From contig CAVNZM010000013.1 in assembly GCA_963693365.1 (NCBI GenBank), positions 7,611,482-7,675,481 on the forward strand: DNA of 64,000 nucleotides, written 5' to 3'. Under the pieces are notes generated by a model. The model was not told the DNA's origin. It ran no database searches and saw only the letters and a program-made list of their open reading frames with translations. Source of the DNA: Amoebidium appalachense (taxonomy: Eukaryota > Protista > Ichthyosporea). A program made the translations under genes and the position numbers. Of the stretch, positions 14,571-27,391 are shown piece after piece; the first letter of the stretch is position 1, and each line of letters starts with the position of its first letter.

Positions 14571-14678
14571 GGGGCAGTTCTGCCCATCAGTGATTCGTGG
14601 AAGCGTTCATTGCGCTCTTTTTATCTCTTTCTCTTACAGTCACCCTTTCAGCGTAAAATCGCTGCCACCACCGCAAAC

Positions 14679-16343
14679 ATGTTTGGCAAGCTCGGAGAAT
14701 GGCTTGTGTGGCACTACTCCGACACGGCCCAGCGCCGGTCCCCCGCTCAGGAGGAGCGTGAGCGCAAGCTTTTGGGCCTCATTCCTTTCCACCGCCTGAT
14801 GCTGATCCCTGCTGCCGTCCTTGTGCAGATGTGCGCCGGCTCCCTCTACGCCTGGTCCGTGTACAACGGGCCCATCGATACCCGCATGGAGGTTGTCAAC
14901 AACAAGCCCAAGGGTGAATACCTCGGTCTGGCTGCCAACACCTTCTACGTGGCCGTCGGCTGCTTTGGCCCCTCTGCTGCTATCTTCGGTCCCTGGCTGG
15001 AGCGCGAGGGTCCCCGCAAGGCCCTGCTCTTCTCGTGCACGCTCTACTGGATTGCCAACATGCTGGCTGCCCTGGCCTGCTGGAAGGGCATGTACTGGCT
15101 GCTGTACGTCGGCTTCGGTGTCTTCGGCGGTGTTGGTCTCGGTCTGACCTACATCACCCCCGTGTCTCCCCTCCAGAAGTGGTTCCCCGACTACCGTGGT
15201 GTTGTGTCCGGCATGGCCGTGTGCGGCTTCGGTGGCGGGTCCATGATTGCCTCCAAGGTGCAGAACCTGCTCATCGAGTCCAAGGGTGTGTCCCTCACCT
15301 TCGTCATCCTCGGCTCCATCTACTGGGGGCTCACCCTTATGTGCACCCTCGTTCTGCGCACGCCCCCTGAGGACTTCATCCTCACCATGAAGGCCAAGCT
15401 CGGCAACAAGTTCGTCGACGAGCACGGCCACGGCCCGGCCAAGGAGTCCTCCCCCGCTGCCTTCAAGGGTGACGAGAAGGGTGGCAACAGCGCCATGACT
15501 GCCTCCGTGGACATTGACAACAACCGCGAGCCCGAGGTGCTGCACGAGCCCGAGGTCAAGATGACGCTGATCGAGGCCATGTTCACGTGGGACTACCGCC
15601 TGATGTACATCATGTTGATGGCCAACGCCATTGCCGGTCTGCTGACCATCTCCAAGCTGGCCGATATCTGCAAGCTTCAGTTCGGCAAGGACGCTGACCT
15701 CGCCTCCACCGTCGTGTCCATCAACTCTGGCTTCAATCTTGCCGGCCGTATTCTCATGGGTCTGAGCTCCGACTTCTTCGGCCGCAAGCCCCTCTTCATG
15801 GTGTCCCTGATCTTCCAGGCCGTCATTGCGCTGGCTGCCCCCACCATGATTATGAATGGCGCGTTCTGGCCCTTCTGCATCTGCATGTGGTTCCTGTCTT
15901 CCTGCTACGGTGGTGGGTTCGGTCTGATCCCCGCCTTCCTTGCCGACCAGTTCGGTGTCAAGAACATCGGTGCCCTTCACGGTATCATCCTCACGGCCTG
16001 GTCCCTCATCGGTGTGGCCGGTGGTCTTGCCTTCAACGCCATCTACAAGAACCAGGTTGCCAAGTACGGCAAGGGTGCCCTCAACGTGTACAATGTCAAC
16101 TACTACTGGATTTCCGCCGTGATCTTCATCGGTGTCATTGCCACCCCCTTCATCCACACCGACGTGCGTGACTCCCTGTTCCCCCGGGTGCCCGGCCAGT
16201 TCTTCTGCATCCGTGTGGGCAAGCGCCTTCTCCGTGTGTCCAGCAGCCAGGGTGTCGAGTACCTCGACCATCAGACCGAGGAGAGGGAATGGCGTGCATT
16301 CCTGCTCACCCTGCCCGAGAACCAGCCCGGCTACAGGGCATAG
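14679..16343 (+). CDS. MFS transporter, oxalate:formate antiporter (OFA)/monocarboxylate-like family; intronless, 554 aa
   Basis: About 12 hydrophobic segments. Motifs GSLYAWSV, GPWLEREGPRK, GLGLTYITPVSPLQKWFPDYRG..SGMAVCGFGGG, GLSSDFFGRK and YGGGFGLIPAFLADQFG. Strong C/G-ending codon bias begins at ATG 14679. Confidence 0.93.
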   Translation: MFGKLGEWLVWHYSDTAQRRSPAQEERERKLLGLIPFHRLMLIPAAVLVQMCAGSLYAWSVYNGPIDTRMEVVNNKPKGEYLGLAANTFYVAVGCFGPSAAIFGPWLEREGPRKALLFSCTLYWIANMLAALACWKGMYWLLYVGFGVFGGVGLGLTYITPVSPLQKWFPDYRGVVSGMAVCGFGGGSMIASKVQNLLIESKGVSLTFVILGSIYWGLTLMCTLVLRTPPEDFILTMKAKLGNKFVDEHGHGPAKESSPAAFKGDEKGGNSAMTASVDIDNNREPEVLHEPEVKMTLIEAMFTWDYRLMYIMLMANAIAGLLTISKLADICKLQFGKDADLASTVVSINSGFNLAGRILMGLSSDFFGRKPLFMVSLIFQAVIALAAPTMIMNGAFWPFCICMWFLSSCYGGGFGLIPAFLADQFGVKNIGALHGIILTAWSLIGVAGGLAFNAIYKNQVAKYGKGALNVYNVNYYWISAVIFIGVIATPFIHTDVRDSLFPRVPGQFFCIRVGKRLLRVSSSQGVEYLDHQTEEREWRAFLLTLPENQPGYRA

Positions 16344-17449
16344 AGCGGCGGCAAAAGCTAAAGCTATGTTTTCCGGCGTGTAATAAGTGTGTAGTTGCGA
16401 TTTTGTGATACTTGAAAGGCAGCCGTTCAAATTCAACGGCGACATTGAAAGATGTACATAGTAGGTAGCAACCGTTCCCCACCGTAACATGATAATTTGG
16501 CTTTAGTTGCTCTTCTTTTCTCCGGTATGTTATGGTTCCTTGGGACTGGTACTGTACGAAATTTCAGTTTAGATTTTCCGTCCTGTCCTCGTATGGCCAT
16601 AATGGAAGAAAGTATGACGTTTTCGACCTCCCACGTTTTGTTGGACGCGAAATTCAGTAAATTGTAAAAAAAGGAGCCAGTTGGCTCGAAAAAAATATTT
16701 TGCAGTCGTTGTCCTCTCTGTTCTCCCCCCCCCCCTCCCCCCCCGCCTAATACACGACTTGCACACACTCCCCCCCCCCCCCACCCCCTCCCCCACACAC
16801 ACACACCCTCACACGGAGGGGGGGTAGTTGCATGCATACAATAAGTGAAAAGCCCTCTTTTCACACGTTTCATACACGCGCACAAAAAAAGATAACACAA
16901 ACTTAGAAAATGCGCGTGCAAGCTACGCTGCTCTCGTGCCCATTTGTTGTTTTTGCGTTTTGTGTCATTGATTGCACGAACCTAGAAATGTGTTGTAAGG
17001 GATGTCGTAGTCGCAATGGGGTTTTGTGTCGTTTTTTATGCATGCGCACACGCAAAACTGCCACACACGCACGTACTGTTTGCGCGCATGTACACACACA
17101 TGCACACACGCACACGCACGCGACTGCCCCGCAAGCACGCGTGCACAAACGAATTCAAGCACACACAAGCTCACAAACATGCGCACATACACACACATGC
17201 AGACACACATGGACGCGCAACACATGCATGCACACGTTCACAAACACATCCAATCACACACACACCAGCACCCACACAGACAGTGTGTGTACACAGACAG
17301 ATTAGCAAACACGCACACACGTCCATTCACGTCCAAAAACACACGTGCAGTCACACATCCAGTGACACACACATGCACGTTAACACACACACACAGGCGC
17401 ACACGTCCACACATACACATCGTGCTCTCAGACGTGTACCGTGCGCCGA

Positions 17450-17482
<33 letters not shown>

Positions 17483-17763
17483 ACACACACACACAACACA
17501 CCGCGCGTGCGCGTGCACACATGCATGCATGTGTTCACACACACCACACACCATCGTGCGTGCGCGCACACACCCACACACCCATCGGCAACTGGCACAT
17601 ATGCACGACCTGCCTGGGTGCACGCACTTTCACACACACACACACACACGTACTTAAACACACAGACGTGCACTTTTACACACACACGCGCGTCAAACCC
17701 CGCTACCCACCCACCCAAAAATGCGATCCGCACATGGTTACCCGCTGTGGGATCATCGGATTC

Positions 17764-17808
<45 letters not shown>

Positions 17809-18802
17809 ACACACACACACACACACATTCGCGCGCACACCAAAAAAAAAAAAAAAAAAAAAAGACGTTTTTTTATTATTATTATTTTGTTTTTTTTCCT
17901 TCTCGGGGGGGGGGGGGGGGGGGACACACACACACACACGTTACACGCACACACACCAAAAAAAGAAACGAAATAAAAACCTTGTTTTTTGATCCCTGTA
18001 TATTATTGTGCGATACTTGGTGTGGGGGGGGGGGGGGGGGGGGGGGGGGGGGATTTTCACGCTATTGGGTTGTCTACGTGTACATGTGTAAGAGAGAAAG
18101 AGAAGGTGTAACATCGTGTGCGCGCGACGTGCTAAGCAAAGGATTACATGTGTGTGTGTGCATGCGCGTGCACAGGTCTGTGTTTGCCTCCGACTGTGTA
18201 CCCTTTGTCTGCGTGTGTGTGCACGTCTGCCCGTGTGTGCGTGCGTGTGTGTGTGTATGTGTGCGCGCGCGTGTGTGTGCGTGTATATGCGCCCTACATG
18301 TATACATTCTGTGTGTGCACGTGAACAGTGACTGTGCTTTTCCAGCCGTGCCCAGTGTGTGCATGTGAGGCATGTGTGTGTGCATGTGAGGCATGTGTGT
18401 GTGCATGTTGCAACGGTGTGCAGCAACACTCTCCATGATATTCCATGGGTGTGGCCACCCCCCCCCCCCCCCCCCCCCCCCCCCCACACACACACACGCA
18501 CACATGCACGCACACACATGCCATACACACACACACACACACACACACACGTGTACACGCGCGCGCGCACACACACGTGTACACGCGCGCGCGCACACAC
18601 ACACACAGATGACGACACACAAATGCATTAATCATTTTTATAAGACTCGGTTTACAAAAGTCAATGGCAGTTGCCGGCACCGCGGGCTTAGCTGAAGTTT
18701 ATTTATTGGCATCATGGGTGAGTGCATGCCACAGTGCACGTGTTGTCGAATTTTGATACCATAATTACATTTCCCGGTCTTCGTAGTTCGGAATTTCAAG
18801 TT

Positions 18803-18864
<62 letters not shown>

Positions 18865-18935
18865 TTATATAATAGGCCAGCAGGCTTTCTATAAGTAAGA
18901 TTAGAACAGCACACAACGTTAAGTTGCGATTGCAG

Positions 18936-18970
18936 CAAGGCCTCCTATTGTTAGTATATAGGAGGCCTTG
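18936..18970. mobile_element. 35-bp micro-MITE with 13-bp TIRs and 8-bp TSD
   Basis: CAAGGCCTCCTAT-9nt-ATAGGAGGCCTTG flanked by GATTGCAG on both sides (18928-18935 and 18971-18978). Confidence 0.8.
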
Positions 18971-19235
18971 GATTGCAGGCACTCATATGATACATGCAGT
19001 TGTTTATGACTTTACTGTATTACGTATTGGTTGTTTCTGATTTTATAATTAGACCAAACATTTTGGCACAGATCTAAAAAACCTCCAGTCAGGCTACTAG
19101 AAGGTGATCGATTGTCATTCTTTCCGCATTAGTGCCAATCTTGCGCTAAAATCTGCATACACAACCAATCGAGTCAAAAATTACCAAACCACTCGAGGAA
19201 TAAGTGTGGGTACCTTTGTACACATTATTAAGATA

Positions 19236-19343
19236 CAGTATGCGTCCGCGCATAACATACCGCCCCGACAAGGGTCGAGGTCGTTATGTTAAATTTTAAT
19301 TAGTATCTAAAAATAGGCTCCCAGAGCCCGTCTCGATTATGTT

Positions 19344-19378
<35 letters not shown>

Positions 19379-19626
19379 CCCCTCCCGCCCCGCCCAGGAG
19401 GCCACACTGGGCCTCTCCATCGGGCGGGGGAATCCGCAAACCGCTAAATGACATAAATATAGTAGTAAACAAATAATAAATTGATCAAATGAATGAATAA
19501 ACAAAGAATACTTATACTAGTTCCTCTTTGAGATGGTGAAAAAAAAAAAAAGGGAAATTCGGAAAAAAAAAAAAAAAAAAACTTTGAAAAAAAAAAAAAA
19601 AGGAGAAGCTGAAAGCGTGAAAGCCT

Positions 19627-19672
<46 letters not shown>

Positions 19673-19857
19673 AAATCTAAATCAATACTTGAAAGTCTAG
19701 CATTTAGTACATCAAGTCCCCCCCCCCCCCCACCCCCCCCCCTCCCCTCCCCTCCCCAACCCGCTAAATAAGTAAATATAGAGGAAATCAATAAGTAGTT
19801 GATTCAAATAATAATAAAAACATACTAATTTTTTTCAAGGGGACCAAACCAAAAAAG

Positions 19858-19893
<36 letters not shown>

Positions 19894-20755
19894 CAACTCA
19901 TACAAACAAGGACGTACTAGTCTTTCTGCTCCCTCACACCTTACTCTCACACCACGAATTTGGCACCACACACCTACACGAGTAAGAGGCAACCCCTCCC
20001 CTTTCGCCTCATACAAATCCGTATTCAGGGTTTCATCAAGCTCCAAACCATTACCGTAACTCGCACGGAAAAGACTCAGCCATTCTGCGCGTGTGGGGGC
20101 TCTGCGGCTCTCTAAACTCTCCATGTGCGAGCGCAATTGTGCTTTTGCCGTTTCGGCTTGTGCAATTGCACGTGTGGTTGCGTTGTTGATTGTGTTGTTT
20201 GCGTTTACAAAACCCTCAGAAATGATTGCTTGGGCTTCTTGGGTAGTTTCCTGAAACTTGTCTGTGGCCTCATTTACTGTGTGCAGTGCACTATTCAACG
20301 CCCCAAGTGCAGCTGCCTGCACCTGGACTACTGGCTTGGTCATGATCGGTGGGTTTAATATGCATTCAACCTGCCTATATGACTAGGATGTAAAAACTAG
20401 CTATACAAGACTGATTCGAACTAGTTGGGGCCTTCGTATGTTTCTGCTCGTGTATCGACATAGTCGGCCACATGAGTCCTTTGCATACCATGCGATGTGC
20501 GGCCGCCGCCTATCATTGGCCCTGCCGGTCGTTGAAATTACGGCGAACCACTGTTTTATCTGAAGAGATCGAAATACTAAAGATAGGGGGTCTAAACTGA
20601 CCAGATAAACCCGATAATTCGTCCTACTATGTATAGGACCCCTTGGTGCGCTAACATAATCCCGAAAAATGACCGAGGTCAGTATGTTAAGATTTTTGAA
20701 AATCGGCGTCGACGTTATGTTGTGCGCGGAGTATGTTACGCGCGGACGCATACTG
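19236..20755. mobile_element. Putative non-autonomous Tc1/mariner/pogo-type TIR element (TA-flanked)
   Basis: 25-bp inverted repeats CAGTATGCGTCCGCGCATAACATAC / GTATGTTACGCGCGGACGCATACTG (1 mismatch), each flanked by TA; subterminal TATGTTA motifs at both ends. Confidence 0.55.
19975..20343 (-). CDS. Unknown Ala/Gln/Thr-rich coiled-coil protein, probable first exon; downstream exons unresolved
   Basis: ATG at 20343 opens non-repetitive helical sequence (MTKPVVQVQAAALGALNSALHTVNEATDKFQETTQEAQAIISEG...). GT donor candidates lie near 19975, before the microsatellite. Confidence 0.55.
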
Positions 20756-20991
20756 TATTTACAGAAAAGATTCACAGAATGGACCATAAACACGGCCGAG
20801 GCCCATCATATTAGTAAATATGCTTAGTGAAATTTTCATTCCACTGCATAATGCGAGAGTAGGCAAGGGCGGAGGTTGGGGATAGAGGAGTGCATGTAGG
20901 GGGGGGGAGGGATCATCACGGTGCCCTTCAATCTGACTCCCATTCATGCCACAAAAACCCTTATAATACAGTAACCACCATTCTCCAGAGT

Positions 20992-21389
20992 TCATAAAGC
21001 AACCAAACTAATGGGACTATTATTAGTGTGGCAATCGAGCCACCTCAAACATTCCTCGTAGGCCTCCCCAGCCAATCCCATCGCTAGTGACGACACGTGC
21101 TCGGTTTCGGCCGAAGCCCATAGAAGGCCACACTCCATCAACTGATGGGCCAACGAAACACAAGATTCCATCCATGTGAAAATTTCCCAGAAAAGAGCAG
21201 CCGCTTGAGCGAGAATGGAGGCAAGGGTGTCGTATGCAGCCCAAACGACATTGTCCAGAATTAGCCAATAGGCATCGAGAAGTGTGGTTTGTAGCCAATA
21301 GAATGTGTTGATTGTTGCTGTTCCAACCACAGCTGCATCGTTGTACGCAAGCGTGAATGCCGACACTGTCACAGAAATAATCTGCGTAA

Positions 21390-21471
<82 letters not shown>

Positions 21472-21502
21472 ATGCGTGCGTGTGTGTGTGCATGTGTGTG
21501 CA

Positions 21503-21543
<41 letters not shown>

Positions 21544-21554
21544 ATGTGTGTGCA

Positions 21555-21586
<32 letters not shown>

Positions 21587-22774
21587 TCTGAGAAGTGTAC
21601 GACCAGGTTTAATGGGGAGCATAGTTTGTGAACATTTAACACCTTGTCACCACCTCGAATAAGTGTTGGTGGCCTGCAGCAGGCACCGGGCCCAGGGGGG
21701 GAGGGGGGGCTGGATGGGGATCATGGGTAAAAGAAAGAGGGATTGCAAGCGTGTGTGTTAGCATAGGTGCACGTGTGTGCCTGTGTGTGTGGGGGGGAGG
21801 GGGTGTATTTGTGGCCTGTGTTGATGTATATGTGCGCACATGTACACACACGTTGGAGCAGCTTTTAGGTGGCAAAACTAGAGCTACAAATAATGTTAAC
21901 TTTAGACGTATCCCATTTGCTATTACTAGGTCTTATACCCCAGGTCCAGCCATTGTTCTCAGGGCATGCCATTTCTGATTGGACGAACATCACGCTCAAC
22001 TGCACCTACATACCAAGCCCACACCACGGCAAACTATGGTCATGACGGGCTGCCAATAGGGATACAGTATCCGACCCGCATTCCACACCATTCCGCCAAT
22101 AGAAACAGTCCGATCCAACAGCCACTGGGCCAAAACCTTTTCCATCCTCCTTGCAGCCAGCATCATTTGGTCCAACACCTGCCATATAAGGAAATCAGTG
22201 CGGTTAACATATGTGGGCAACAAAAAACCTAATGACAGAGCCCGGTTGCCACCTTCCCAACCTCTCTTCCCACACAAAGACACATAGTCTTTGCAAGAAT
22301 GGGCACACAGAGGCACACACGCACAAATATCCGAAATGTCTCCCCCTCCCCCCCCTCCCCTCCCCTTCCTCCAGCCCACCCAGCACACCAACGCATGCTG
22401 GCATGCACACATACACCTCAGCGCACACACGTACCCACACCCGCACACACACACACACTCACATGCACACAAATACACATACACGCACACGCACACACAC
22501 ACACACGCGCGCATGTGTGCGCGTGCATGCGCACACACACGCACACGCACACGCACACACACACACGCACACGCACACACGCACACACGCACACGCACAC
22601 ACACACATGTACACACACGCGTTCGCACTTGCATGCGCGCAGGCACACACACATAAACAAAGATGCACAGGCACAGGCACACCCAAAACCACTGGCACGC
22701 GCGCGCACACACACACCTCCCATCATGCTTGCTGTTTTGCCCAATCCCCCCCCCCCCCCCCCCCCCCGTTCTCT

Positions 22775-22805
<31 letters not shown>

Positions 22806-23742
22806 CCCTCCCTCCCTCCCCCCCCCCCTCCTTCCCTCCCCCTCCTCCCCCCCGCCCCCGCCTCCCCCATTCCTTCCTCCCAACCCAGCCCCCTCTCCCT
22901 CCCCCCACCCCTTGCTTCTTCTCTCTCCCTCCCTGCCGGGGTTACACTAACAAGTTCTTAACTCTCTTATGTATAAAGCAGCATGAACGAGGGGCAGGAG
23001 GAACCAAACATAGAACACCTCGACTGCCTTTAACAGCAACCGGCCTGCAACTTGGGTTGCTTTAAGCGGGAAGAAGAAGAGTAAGAAGAGCGCCGTGTTC
23101 CACATCTGCATGGGTGAACCATGTTTTGGCCACCGTGAGAGGAGAGACGAAATAGACGACGATTGAATAGTCATATGCGTGATTGTATAATATATAAATG
23201 ATTATAAAATATAAAGTGCTAGGTTTACCGATCCTAAACACAAGCTGATACATGAGGCGGGCATAAAAGCAACTCTGAAATTCCTGACAATATTTCCTTA
23301 TATGGACATTTGCCATCTGTATGGCATCAAAGGATTGGTTGAGATTTCGCAGGTACACAACCACTGCATAACTTTTCTAGATGGGATTGCCTTTATCACA
23401 TATCCCCCCCCCCCCCCCCCCTCCCCGCCAAACACACACACACACATTCACACGCGCAGGCAGCACATGCCTCTCTCTTCCCCTCTTGCTCAATCTATCA
23501 AAAACATACTCTCTCTCCAGCTCCTTCCTTTCTCCTCCTCTCTCCCTTTCTTTCTTCGTTTGATCTTTTCGTTCCTTCCTTCTTTCCTTCCTCCCTTCTC
23601 CTCCTCCTTCTCCCTCCCCCCCCTCCCCCTCTTCCCCCCCCCCCCCCCCCTCCCCCCCTTTCCCCGGGCCCCCCCTCCCCCCTTTCCCGCCCATCCCTCC
23701 CCGACCAACCCCCTCTCCCTCCCTCCCTACTTCTCACTCGTT

Positions 23743-23803
<61 letters not shown>

Positions 23804-24740
23804 TTCCCTCCCCCCGTCTCCCCCCTCCCCCCAATCCCTCCCTCCCTCCACTTCCGTCCAACCCACAGCCCTCCCTCCCTCGATTCCTTCCACCCCCCCT
23901 CCCCCCTCCCCCCCCCCCTCTCCCTCTTTCTGTTGCGCCCATGTCTTTCCGGGGCAGGGGGGGGGAGGGGGGAGAGAGGGGAGGGGGTACTTACTACTGT
24001 GATGGCACTAATGTATGCCTTGATTATCTGTGACGTCACAAATACCAACCCACAGTAGGAGATATCCAAAATCGGTCGGCAAAATTTATTCCACCCCTGT
24101 GATTGGCCACGTGCAGATTAAATATCACACGTCCGATATGTCTATACTAGGTCTAATCAGTCTGAATTTTAGGCTTTAAGTTTTCTTTTTCGTTTGCGTT
24201 TGCATTCTTTTCTCTTACTTTCATTTCCTATCCTTTCTCTTTCTTTATTTTTTCAATGCATCTCTCGACATGTTGCGTGCAAACCCCCCCCCCCCCCCCC
24301 CACCCATCCCCCAAAAGAGAGAAAGAAAGAAAGAAATTAAAAAAGAAACAATAAATACATCTCCCCCTCCCTCTCTACACCCCCTTAGCATTTATTTCAA
24401 ACACAACACCAGAGCCCTGCTTTACCCCCCCCCCCCCCCCTCCCCCCCCCCCCCCCCCCCCCCCCATCCTACCCATCCACAAACACACACACACACACAC
24501 ACACACCTCGACCATAACCGGCTTTGAAATCGCCCATACACCCTTCACACCCATCGCACAATGCCACCACAAATCCCTGCAGAGAACCAATCGTCAGTAG
24601 CGCATAAAAGTGACCAACCAATCCTCCCCCCCACCCCCCCCCCCCAAAAAACCTTTATTGCTTTCAATCATTCAATCATGCCTCTCCCCCTTTCCCCCTC
24701 CCCCAGGCCCCTCTTCCCCTCCCCATTATCTCCTTGTCAG

Positions 24741-24782
<42 letters not shown>

Positions 24783-25014
24783 ACACACACACACAAAATA
24801 AAGAGGTGATGGTCACAGAACACAAGATGTGTCCACATGCACATGCGCGCACGTGTGCGTGCGTGTGTGCGTCTGTTTGTTTCTGGATGTTTGGCCGCAC
24901 GCGTGCGTACTGTCATATGTGCAAGGTTGACGGGAGACATGTTTTTGGGGATGAGGGGATGGGAAGGGCGGGGTGGGGGGTGGTGGTGGTGGTGGTGGGG
25001 TGGGGTGGGGGGAT

Positions 25015-25045
<31 letters not shown>

Positions 25046-26026
25046 TTGTCGCACACCTGACCAGAGCCCAAAGCACACGGCACCCATTGCTGACCATGAC
25101 TTTGGACGAATCAAAACCCTCCTTCAGCGGCTGCAGGGCTATGGAGCCTGCCACCATCCCGAGACCGGCTACTCTCTGAATCAATCCAAAGAAAGGAACC
25201 TTAGCCTTATTTGGAGTGATATTGAATTCAATTATTCCAGTACTCATTACAGATATTACAGAGAGCACAAAATGTGGACATCATAAATACGTTCAATGAA
25301 TACGTTCATTATTTTGAATAAGTGCTCCTCCCCTCCCCTCTCCCCACTCCTCCCCCCCTCCCCCCCCACACACACACCACGACCACGACCAACCACATCT
25401 CCCCCCGCGAACCATGCCTATCCCCGTACCACCACCAGAACCAAGGTGTATCATTGCACAGTAATGTGAGCCAATCACCACATACCAACACACCAAGGTC
25501 AGCCAATCACCACATACCATCACACCAATATCAGCCAATCACCACATACCAACACACCAAGATCAGCCAATCACCACATACCAACACACCAAGATCAGCC
25601 AATCACCACATACCGACACACCAATATCAGCCAATCACCACATACCAACACACCAAGATCAGCCAATCACCACATACCGACACACCAATATCAGCCAATC
25701 ACCACATACCGACACACCAATATCAGCCAATCACAACGTACCTTGGTTGCACCAGCCAGCCAATGGAGGCCTTCCATTGCCTCTGCCCCCACAGCACGAC
25801 CAATCGCCTTGCCCCTTCGCAAGAACACACATACCACATTCCATGCATGCTGGGAGGAGGGTAAGAAACATCATTAGAGGAACAGAAAACAAGCCTGGAT
25901 TGGAAAAGACGGATCAAAAAAGGATTTCCCCATTCAGGGAAAAATGCTAAGACCATATAAGTATAAGAGGGGCAATAAATGGAGCAAGTCAAAGCCCCAT
26001 GGGACGGTAATCAAACACAGACTCCA

Positions 26027-26077
<51 letters not shown>

Positions 26078-26344
26078 ACACAGACACACACACACACAAC
26101 AAAAAATAGACTAAGGAAAAAAAATTCCTCTTTTCAACACACACACACACACACAGGAACATACCCACCCCCACCCACCCACCCACCCACCCACCCACCC
26201 ACCCACCACGGCAACAACTAAAACTCTTTCGCAAAACCAAGACAGCGAAAGCCTGGAACGGTTTCTGATTAGATCGTTCTCAATATGGTATCATACTAGT
26301 CACTTTCCTTGGCCGTTGGAAAAAGTGGTGGGCACATATAAAAG

Positions 26345-26380
<36 letters not shown>

Positions 26381-26420
26381 TACACACACACACACACGCA
26401 CACACACACACAAACACCAA

Positions 26421-26463
<43 letters not shown>

Positions 26464-27183
26464 ACCACATACTTTTTTTTTTTTTTTTAAGAAAGAAAAA
26501 AAAAGGGGGGGGGGGGGGGGGGGGGGGGAAGAGATGAAAGCAAGAGCAAAAAAAACAAGGGGAGATTTCACTGGCACGAGAAACCAGGAGGAAACAAACA
26601 CCCGTGTGTGCATGTGCATGTGTGCGCGCGCACGCGCGCGTGTGTGTACGTGTGAGTGGCAGTGGGGTTGGAGGTAAAAGCCTGCATACTTCATGCAAAT
26701 ATCCAAGACAGGAATCATGCATGCATACCTTTGTTGCTTGAAACAACCAATCACAACCCTCGTTGGCTGCTGTAGCCACCGTTTGGCCAATCAAAACGAC
26801 CCATCCCACAGCTGCACATACCAACACCCATAGAGGCTGTGAAAGGGATTGGAGGAGGAAAAAGGGGGGGAAGGAAGTGAGATTAGAGTGTGTTATAGAG
26901 TACGAGGTATATAGTCACGACGGATAACACATTACACTGTTTCACAAAGCATGCACAAACTATGTACTGTATGCATTACAAGCAGACCCCATCATCAGCA
27001 TCATCCCCAGTACCCGGGTTTCGACGCATTCACCTCGTCAACGAAATCCAATTTAGATGCTTATCCACTTGATCATGGGTGGGTAACCCGTCCCTAGGAG
27101 GGGGAGGAGGGGGGGATTTGAGTGCACTAACACTCATTAACTCCATCCCACATTGTGTGTGCCTGCACGTGACTGTTGGCTTC

Positions 27184-27281
<98 letters not shown>

Positions 27282-27347
27282 TGTGTTGGGGTTCTATTGA
27301 GCATGTCTCTCTCTCATATAGTTGAAGTTTTTGTACTTTGCTACTTT

Positions 27348-27391
<44 letters not shown>

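Noticed and set aside
14394-14678. 95-aa N-terminal extension of the MFS ORF
   Set aside because: Starts at TTG, lacks the codon bias, and contains the TATA/CCAAT motifs; ATG 14679 is the better start.
14640-16490. 616-aa minus-strand ORF
   Set aside because: Antisense shadow of the codon-biased MFS gene; no independent protein features.
25469-25735. 32-bp repeats as CRISPR repeats or a CCAAT enhancer
   Set aside because: Directly abutting tandem units without spacers; an ordinary intronic minisatellite.
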